This document shows positions 11,502-21,300 of a stretch of 62,000 nucleotides of DNA, piece by piece; the stretch's first letter is position 1; each line of letters begins with the position of its first letter. The notes beneath the pieces were generated by a model. The model did not search any database. It was not told the DNA's origin and was given only the letters and a program-made list of their open reading frames with translations. The DNA is from Acanthaster planci. Lineage: Eukaryota. A program made the position numbers and the translations under genes. Where the stretch lies: positions 186,001 to 248,000 of the forward strand of contig NW_019091402.1 of assembly GCF_001949145.1 (NCBI RefSeq), read 5' to 3'.

Positions 11502-14499
11502 ATGTCTCCTTTGAAGTCTAGCCCGAGTGGTGGATGGCCATGCGGCCGCGTGCTTGAGTTTACTTTGATTACAACAATTTGTCGACTTGTATTAGTCCTC
11601 TCGCAGCCGCAGAACGGTAAGTCTTTTTTTCAATTTTTATCCAGTTTACTATCATGCAGTATCAGCATTTAACATCAATCATCTTTGAAAGTGGTCTGTC
11701 TTGTGGCAACGTCTTACATAAATATCACAGGGAGGGGAGACGTGATTCTAGGAAGGCTATGTAGGACGAGGTCGGAGAGCGACTGATGCTAGACTATAAT
11801 AATCGCAATAACTGAAGAACTCATGCACACTTACATGTATTTGAATAACGATATCACGGAGTATAATCTTGGACAGGAGGTAACCAAAGGCAGGAACACT
11901 GGTCATCCGATTATAAGTTTCAACTTAAACCTAAAACATAACTCCCTCAAAAATAACCACCCAAAGACCTTTTACTCGAACGTATTGATTGAACTTAAAC
12001 TTGGTTCCCCTGATTACAGCTCCTGGGTATTTGGGGTGCTTCGGGGACTGTGTGGGTGTTTTCTGTTCTCGTGCATTGCCGATAGGACCAAAAGACAGCG
12101 ACCTTCAATCCAGTGAATGGTGCTTCAGACACTGTCTGGATGTCGAACCCGTCATCTACAAGTACGCTGGACTGGAATATGAGTATGAATGTTTCTGTGG
12201 AAATAACGAAGACTACGACAAATTCGGGAAGAAACCGGAGTCTGATTGTCAAGACAGGTGTAAGGGAAACACTGACCAGATCTGTGGAGACTCGGACCGG
12301 ATATCTATATACAGAAGTAAGGCACTCTATTGCTACCATACCCTGGTGCTATAGGCCTACAGGTACATAAAAAGAAACGAAAGAACAGAATGAGGAACAT
12401 AGGACCTATTCATACATGCGCAGAAATTGCCAGTAAGGTTAGATGGCGTTGGGAGTAGTTTTTCATCAGTACCGAAAATACAAAACGTGTCAAGAGTCAT
12501 GAATCTGATGAGTTGAAAGCGTAGGTGAGAAAACACATTGGAATTTACTTTTAAGTGAAATTTTTATAATTTAAACTTCTTTCATAATCAGTATCGCAGA
12601 GCGTGTGTAATAATGACATTGGGCCACCGACCAACGGAGACCACACCATCACCAATCCACGTTCACTGTCGTACAATCTCAACGACTTCAAGTTGTTCGG
12701 GACTCGTGTGGATTTCTCCTGTGACGTTGGATATACTCTTCATGGAGCCTCGTCCATTGAATGCATAGACACGGGCTACAACAACGTCACGTGGAGTGAT
12801 TTCGCACCGACCTGTCAGGGTAAGTAAATTTCATAAAATGCGCTTTTAAAAGATCAGTGTGTATATACAGTCTTAAAGCCATGAGCAAATAATGCTGTTC
12901 TGCGCCAAGGCCCTTCCAAGAGTCCAAGATTAAGCTTGTCATTGTATTTACACCTGTGAATGTTGAATACCTCTTTTAATACCGCTTAATTACTGCACAT
13001 GACATAAGCCCAAATAAAAGAAGCTTCCCTTTAATCATTTTGCGGAGTTGCGGAGTTAAATGGTTCTTAACTCTTAAATTATTAATTTTCATTCTGTTAT
13101 GGTTGTTCCCAGCCCCAACGACGACAAAGCCAATGACAACACTACCAACCACTTCAGTGTACTTGACATCCAACAGAACTACCCCATCGAACACCGAGAC
13201 CAATCTGCCGAGTTACACCACGGACGAGGGAGCAAGAGACGACAACCAGACAACAGGGCAGCTCATAACAGGTACAGCTGTGAGCAAGTCACCATCACAT
13301 GCTTCTTCTTCGACTTGGTCTGGCACAAGGGCTCCTTCGCACGGGACTAACAATCCAATGGCAGCACAATTACAAACAGGTATTCCAAGCGATGGTATCA
13401 AGTGCAACTTGAAAGTCTGTTACAAAGTGGCCCATGCAAAATGAAGGAAAAACAAAATCCCTCACGGTTTCTTCAATTTCGTCGAAAGATCAACGACCTA
13501 CAGTCAACATAACCGAACCCATTGTATAAACATTCACAAACATTCACATTCATTCATATTGTTCTGCAATATTTTTATCAGAGAAATGCATTACATGTAC
13601 AGGTATGCTAAAAAGCATGATTGCGGGTTTTGTACGGATTTCAGTGCAGGTTCACTCACTGCTAAATAGTCAACACAAGCCCTTTCATGTGTTAGATAAG
13701 GTGAGCAGTGACAATGGATTGCTTTTTCACAGTTTATATGAATAACTCTGAAAAGGGAATAACAAGTGATGGACTTGCGGCCCTGCGGTTGACTCCACTG
13801 GAGCAATGGTGAACAATTACAATTCCTATTTTCAGCGATTTTCAAAGACTTTAAACAAACATTATTTTCTACAGGTACAGTAGTTGGAGTAGTGATCGGA
13901 GCTTTGCTAGCCCTAGCTACTCTCGTGGCATCAGCGGTTTTTGTGTGGAGAAACAGGTAAGACATTGATTTGGTATTCAAAGCACACATTAAAACGCCCA
14001 AAATACATCACAAAGTCATACCATATTAGGCCTCAAGGAGAAAACGTTTTTATTTTCAGAGCAACGTCAGATTTTTAGGAGAAATTGCGACGAATTCGCA
14101 TTATTATTTGGCCATATTTTGCAAATGACTTTTCTCAGATTCAGAAAGACACGAGAAATGAACACTTCAGATATTGCCATGGATACAGCCGTTTCCACAT
14201 ACGCAAACCACACGTACACAAACCATCTGGCCGCAGATACTTACACCAGCGAGCCCAATCAAGGTGATGCTCCGCCCGTGTACAGCGAAGTTGTTAAGGA
14301 AAGATATGCCGAGGAGGACGCCATATTTTCGGACTCATCGGACCGAGATACCGGGTGGGTTGACAACGTAGTTTACGTGTGTGAATCATATCCAGAAGAA
14401 ATCGATAAACGCAGTGACAATGACGGACAAACAGACCACCCACCGGCATTAACAATGAAAGGAAAGCCAGGATGGGTAGAAAATATCATCTATGAATAA
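11502..14499 (+). CDS. WSC-Sushi-mucin stalk-TM receptor paralog 3, apparently complete (~449 aa); exons 11502-11616, 12020-12316, 12592-12819, 13113-13379, 13875-13956, 14139-14499
   Basis: Exon 1 MSPLKSS...VLEFTLITTICRLVLVLSQPQN looks like a signal peptide and ends in a phase-1 GTAAG donor. It is followed by WSC, Sushi, Thr/Ser-rich stalk, TM (GTVVGVVIGALLALATLVASAVFVW) and a tail ending WVENIIYE*. The frame is open across all junctions. An alternative stalk donor at 13394 is also in phase. AATAAA overlaps the stop codon. Confidence 0.85.
12020..12316 (+). CDS. WSC domain exon of receptor paralog 3
   Basis: APGYLGCFGDC...YKYAGLEYEYECFCGN...CQDRCKGNTDQICGDSDRISIYR; 297-nt symmetric phase-1 exon with the WSC signature. 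Confidence 0.9.
12592..12819 (+). CDS. Sushi/CCP domain exon of receptor paralog 3
   Basis: Four-Cys CCP pattern with a conserved Trp (WSDFAPTC); 228-nt symmetric phase-1 exon. Confidence 0.9.
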
Positions 14500-15859
14500 A
14501 ATATAACGACTCACAAGCACTACAAAGATTACGTGTAGCCCATGTCTTTAAAAGCAAGCCAGGGGAAAGTCCGTTTCTCTACCAAAGTGTGATGACCAAA
14601 GTTCTTGCTTTTGTGTGGGTGACGTCCAATCTTGTGTTGGCGATAACCTTTAATATTATACACTCCAAATCTTATTTGTTCACATATTTTTATGTGTACT
14701 TTTTGCTGGAAAATTACATGTATCATGCACTGCATACAGACGTGACGTGAACAGCACTCACTGGTCTCCCGGCAGCAAAATAACCAGTCAAGAATGATTT
14801 CTATGTTAAATCTTCTGTTGTTTAAGCAACCAGGGCCACGTCTATGTGACATGTAAAGATTCAAGTAAACATCTAGTCTGCAAACACATCATATAGGCCT
14901 AATTATTGTTGTTAAGAATAACAACTATTGCTTCAACAGCTGGTAGTGTTTCCGTTCTGAAAGAGCAACAACTGAGCAAAACAGGAACTTTCTTTTCCAT
15001 TACAAAAAAAAAAATTGCTCTGACTTACACGCGGAAATTCCCTAAAAACCGTGACCACGTCAAAAGGTAGCTCCATGTACACACTTTACTTCTGTGAATT
15101 TTGTCAGAATTCCAGATCATTAATCTTTTGCTGTTGCATTGACAGGTCTGGTACGTATCTGAGATAAAAATCAACTACAGCGTCTGTGGGGATATGTACT
15201 CTCTTTAACATTTAAACAAGGATATTTTTGTCATGCTGCTTAAAGTAAACACTTAAGCCGTGCAAACCAAGCAGTTCTGTTGTATATCAATATCAATATT
15301 TGCTCTTCGAATCTTTGCTGCTTGGCTTGTATATGTATATACACTCAAGCTTAAGAAGCTTAGACATGAATGTTGTTTGAAATACATGTATGATTCTGTA
15401 GAGATGATGGTATCGATTACAGTTTTGATTTTTCGTTTAAATCACAATATTGTTGGATTTGGTATATGAGGTGTTCAATATGTGACGACTGATTTTATCA
15501 AACGTTTCAGCCTGCAGGCAGGCATTGTACTGGCACTACAGCGTCTTAGGTGTGTTTGAGACCATGATCAAAGGTGGGGAACTTCACCGTGAATGCGCGT
15601 AAAAAGTTGTTGTCACATGGGCGCCATTCAGGTGATAACACCTTTATGGCCGAATTACCCATCTTGCGCCGCTATGCGGCGCTATATAATCTTTGATCAT
15701 GATGCTGTCCTATATTGTTAGTGCTGCTAACATTACTGTATACGTGTATATAGGGAGCCTTTGTGTGACGTCAGACAGTTCGCCGTAATGTTGACAGGGT
15801 CGCTTATGCAGGGAGTACACGGGAGAGCGGGTTATAGCGTTAGGTTTAAGTGCGTTTGG

Positions 15860-16072
15860 TTTCCAGTCCATACTCGCTCTCGCAGGCTTTCTCCGGGTAC
15901 TCCAGTCTCCTTCTGCCTCTAAAACTGGACCGTTTTCCTAACTCCGTTATACTCCGTTTAATGAATAAAGGCTTTGAAGCGTATATAGATGTTGACACAA
16001 ATAACCTAAGTAGCTGAAAGCGCCATTAAAACATTAAAACAAACCAACAAACCAACAAACCAACAAACCAAC
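15860..16072 (+). mobile_element. SINE-like fragment ending in an (AAACCAAC)n tail
   Basis: Contains ggctttctccgggtactccagtctcct, which resembles a core seen in deuterostome SINEs (from memory). It ends in four copies of an 8-bp unit at 16041-16072. Confidence 0.45.
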
Positions 16073-17483
16073 AGGAGGGAGCTAGTACAGGGTACTCACG
16101 TGGCTCTCTTCAAGGATCACAACTATACATTCTTTTCCTCGTTTACATATACATGTACAATAGACATGTTGAACGCAAATCATTCTAAAACCCAGGATCC
16201 AAATGTAAAAAAAAAATATCACAGATGCAGTTTAAATATTAAAAGGAAATTGGCGAGTAGAAAAGCAGTCGTCAGTAAACCGGACAAGAGTGGGACGAAT
16301 CGGAACACGACATTTTTGCCCAGAAGTTGAAGTGTCACCTGTACACCCACGTAGTTCGACATGCCCATCCATGGTCTCACTGTTATAAACAGTCCCAACA
16401 GTCCTCAATTCTCCGCTTTTAAGATAGGATTTTCCACACACCCTCGGGTGTTATAGTCCTGTTATCATCAGCAAAGCAGTTCCTTCACATGCCTTCCAAC
16501 CGACTAACCCAGTTTTATGTGTAGTCCTACCTGAGCTAGAGCAAAATGCAGTGTACTTACCGACGTTTTTTAGACCATACTTCTTGAAAATCAAATTCGA
16601 CTTCTACATCCCAGAAACCAGATGAAGTCGTGTCAGTGTGCATATGAAACAGTATGGTGGCAAAGCTACCCCATACGATTTCTTGATGAAACCATTGCCA
16701 AAATCCGTTCAAAACTCGCAAGTATCACTCATGGCTCTCAGCTATAGAAACCATGATCAAATATTTCCCCCAAGGCTGGTGTCTTAATGTTACGTCTCCC
16801 CAAGCCATTCTATACGACCATGTTTAAAATGATCCAATGTTGTGTAGGGCTCGAGATTTTCGCGTAGACTGGAGATTTTCGCAAAATTAGCCACAAGAAG
16901 TTTATTCGGATTCGCCAAAATGAGCTCCAATCCCTTAAAAGCCATTTGCCTGGCGTAGATCAGCCCTTGGACGGAGCAGCTGAAGTGAAGTCGTACGTGT
17001 ACATGTTATACCTCTAATTTGGCAACCTTGTTTGGTAGCAGTGAACATCAACATGACGATTACATGTGCGCAGCATGCAAAGGTGTTCGGTATACAGATT
17101 TGGGATTAGCAAGGATGACAATGTTCACTCGTCTTGTTCTCATTTCACGGTCGAGTAAACCGCGCACATCATTTGCATAAAGAATAAAACATGCCTTCAC
17201 TGCTTCCAGATAAGTCTACGATTTCAGGAAGGCAACTGTCATGCACATTCTTCAGCTTGATGCGCGCGTGCATTTGGCAAATTGCTACCACAGTGGCTGT
17301 CAAATGAAACTCTATTTCTTTTCTTTCAGAATAGTTGCTATCATGTTCTTCTTTCCGTCGGGACTTTCTTTAGTTTAGGATTTTAATTAATTTGAGATTT
17401 TTGCCCTGCCCGACGTGTATTACCACACTGCATACATGTACTCAGTGTTTGCCCCCGATGGCTTGTGAAAAAACCACAAGCGT

Positions 17484-17556
17484 GCTTGGGTGAGACTCGA
17501 ACCCACGACTTCCTGGCTTACTAGTGCAGACGTTATAACCACTCAACCATCGAGCT
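17484..17556 (-). mobile_element. tRNA-derived SINE head or tRNA pseudogene (Thr-AGT-like loop)
   Basis: The minus strand reads agctcgaTGGTTGAGTGGttataacgtctgcaCTAGTAAgccaggaagtcgtgGGTTCGAGTCtcacccaagc. A-box and B-box are present, but the acceptor and anticodon stems are imperfect. Confidence 0.6.
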
Positions 17557-18382
17557 TGCCGGGGTTGGTTGGTTGGAGTCAGATGTAGCAGCGGGTACAT
17601 CTGACTCCAACTATATTCATTCTTGGAAATTTAGGGTTTTAGTTCAAATTTAAAAAGTCCGATAAAATCTACCTCCTGCTCCATTACTTTAAATACCTGT
17701 AATGTCCTAGTTATTGCACAGTTAGTTCAAGGACTAGTTCTATCGTGGACGTCCTCTGTTCTGGGAACTACAAACGTACATGTAAGCATCACCACATAGC
17801 TCTGCCGGTTTGCAAGGGGTCATTCTCCTCTACTGTGTTTAATTTCATTTAACATCACAATTATATAATAAAGTAAAACCACTTGTGTACAGAATACTTT
17901 GCTCGGGATCAGGAAATAAAAAAAAATAATCGCTCAAGAAGTTCCATTATGCTATGTTTATCAATGAATCAGATACACAAATTTATTGATGATTCTCTGA
18001 ATCAAAATTATATTGCAAACTGTATTATGTACATAATTTTTGGGGCAACATTTATTTGAATTATTTTCTTTTCATTTATAACTATTAAGCTGTGTCACCT
18101 CCGTATTGGCAGATACCGTCCATTTTGTATTTTTAACCCATAAGAAGAGCTGATTCCCGAATAATTGTACAACTATAACTACGATTACTTTATAGCCGAA
18201 TTATGTTTACTCAAGTACACTCAACCAAAAATTGCAATTAAATTTCCACTGACTTTTTACTTCAAGTTTATTGTTTGCTGTTCATAAGACTGTGTTATTG
18301 GAACTGTTATGCTGGTTAAGATTATATGAGGAAACGTTTCTCTGAAATGTACGTTTGATTTGATGAATCCAAGAGGAAACAA

Positions 18383-21300
18383 TTATCTGGACTCGAAGAC
18401 GACGTCTCTCATGGCCCTGTCCCGGACAGTGGAGGTCCGGCTGTTTGTTGAGGTGGTCTTGGGTGTTCTCATGACGGGCTGGTTCAACATTTTTTTCAGC
18501 TTGGCTTCTGCTTCCACGTCCACCTCCTCCTCGGCTCTGTGAAAGCAACGGTAAGAAGCAGTAAGCAGAAGTTCCACGGGTGCCCTGCGCAAGAGGTTGA
18601 AAGAAACATTCCCTGGATACCAATGGTTGAGTCTTCCTGACCCCGCTGCCAATGGAGATGAACCCAACCCCTCCTAAACAAATTGAAGATATTCATGAAC
18701 CAAATGATTGAAAATAATAAAAAAATTCCAAGCCCTCCAATACGCCAACTCCCAAAATACATTGTAAAAGTATACGTATTCATCAGTGCACCGCTGAAAA
18801 CTCAACCAACGCTGTAAGAATTAATTCCCCAACCTGTGTCTGTGTAGGCCTACTCTGTAAAATAGAAATCAACGAACAGAGACCGAAAAGGACAATTTTG
18901 TAGATGAGACAAAAATGCGTTTACACCGAGTCTGCTCTTCATGTCGCTTTTTGTGTTTAATAGTCCGGGATATCCCTTGAGCAAACACAAAGGAGCCTTG
19001 TTGGCAGTTAAAAACCAATCGGCCGTCAAGAACTAATACAATCTGCCAGGAGATGTAAAATTATTAAGGCCGTCAGTTTTATCATAAATGCATTCACGTC
19101 TCATTAATCATCTTTGGGCAAACAATTTCCAAGACAAGCCAAAAGGGAGGGAGAGAATAGTTTACTTACTTTTGTGGTTAGGAAGGTGTTAATAAAGACC
19201 AAACCAACCTTGTGCAGCCACTGCAAACTTCAAATCACTTTCGAAGTAAAATGCGTGATGACATGCTTTGACAGCGGTGAGGAACAAAAGGGTGCTGATA
19301 TTAAAAAGGGAAGAGGCCCTTGTACGAAAAGACAGACTGAACATTTTTAATTCAATCAATTACAGTTCTTATAATAATACTCGTGTCCTACCTAAAAGTA
19401 TGCTACATATACAAAACCACGTACATGTACATGTAGTTTATTCACGTTGACTTAGTTTTCATTCTACATCTAGCGCACAGACATATATAAAAAAAATCTG
19501 GACTGGCAATGTTCTTAATCAGCTTATAGAGATCACTGAATCCACTTGCGGCCATTTTACCAAGCCGACTACAAAGCTTGCCCGGCAATGCTCGCCTTTG
19601 TTCTCCCTGACGTCAATAGAAGCGAGCCAACCCGTGCATTTGTATTCGGCTCAGTAAAATGGCCGCTGGTTGGCTTCTATACATTGCAAGTCCAGGTTTT
19701 TTTTTATATACGACTCTGATCTGGTCTCTTCAAAATAAATGTAAACCGTGTTCGACTGTACATATGCATGTATGCATAAACTATAGAGAAAAACGAATTA
19801 CAATACAGTTATGAGTTGTATAAAGTGTGGCTCGTGGGATAAACACATTTCACAAGGCAGTTCGCTTATACACGTACATGAACTGAAGTCAATCAAAGAT
19901 TGACTGGCAGTGTATACAAGAATTTCCCTTTCACAGTTTGACCATCCATAGGGGGCGCTATTGCAACACATCAGCATCAGTTGTATGGCTTCAGGCGCGC
20001 GAGACGTGGCCTGTAGTACTGCAGTTTGTTTGCACTGGCCTCATGAGTTGTGAACTTCAAACCCTGACAAAGAGCTTGGAAAAACTTCTGGGAAAGTGAC
20101 AAGCTCTACCTTAAGCTCCTCTCTGCTTTTGTTTTAAAACTTCGAATTTTTATCGGCCAGTCACTCTGGCTATTACAGTTGAGCACTGTTAATTTAACAA
20201 GGTCCTTTGGACTTCCACAAATTGCCTTGTAACAGATACAGCCTTGTATTATCAGTAATGGAAAACAGCATACGATTTGCCCTCCTTGAGTGCACATATC
20301 GGAGGCTGTATGTACAAACAGTAACAACTTACCCATGTACATGTACATGTATACCTATGAACATGATCTTAAAGGAACCAGGAAATAGAAATATTTTATA
20401 AATTTTACTAGAAACCCTCAAAATTGCATCTTTGGGTTTCAATTAACCTGATTTTAAATTTTTGTTTTGCAATTTTAACCCATATTTTGATGCCTTTTGG
20501 TTTTATGCTAATGCTATTTGCATATTCATGAGCAGACCTATGATGTCATCCAAGGCACTGAGTCTAAATGTTGCACTGATCTGTGCACAGAACATATCTA
20601 GATTTTTTAACCACTGCTATGGCAGATTTTTTTTGGGCAATTCATTGCTGTGTAGGTATATGGCAGTAATCCAGCAAAAATCCTTATAACAGAAATGTTC
20701 CCAGATGGCAAATTTGAAAATGAAAACTTGCAACCTGAACCATGTCTTCCTGGATTTACATCAAAGCAAAAGTGCCCTCACTTGTCCAGAAATGCTTGGC
20801 CAATTTTTAATGTTTGAAAAAGTGCACCGTTCGGTTCACGTAACTCAACAATGATGTCACACAGTCTTCATACATGACAGAAGAGTACAGAGATACACAA
20901 AAAGTGATCCTAAGAAAAATCCATTTCCTGGTTCCTTTAAATTTCATAATATGTACATGATTTACATGTACATGTACTTAGATTTTAGAAAAACAAAATC
21001 AAAACAAAAAAAATTAAAGTAAAACACAAAAAACAAAATCAAAACAAAAAGAATTAAAGTAAAACACAGGGCTGTTTAACATTTTGTAGCAAATCAAATA
21101 CAAAATTCACATTTAATCATTTTTTACATATGAAGTTATTTCTTTATGTACCTTATTGTCATACATGAATTAAAACGCCATCCAGAAATTGAAAACAAGA
21201 TTACATTCCAACGAGGTTCACCTGTTGCATTCCTGATGCACAAGGTCTGATGGTGCCAAATCTGTACATATGTTGTACTTAAATGTCAAATTCTCTCTTC

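Noticed and set aside
17484..17556. Functional tRNA-Thr gene
   Set aside because: Acceptor and anticodon stems pair poorly; better explained as a SINE head or pseudogene.
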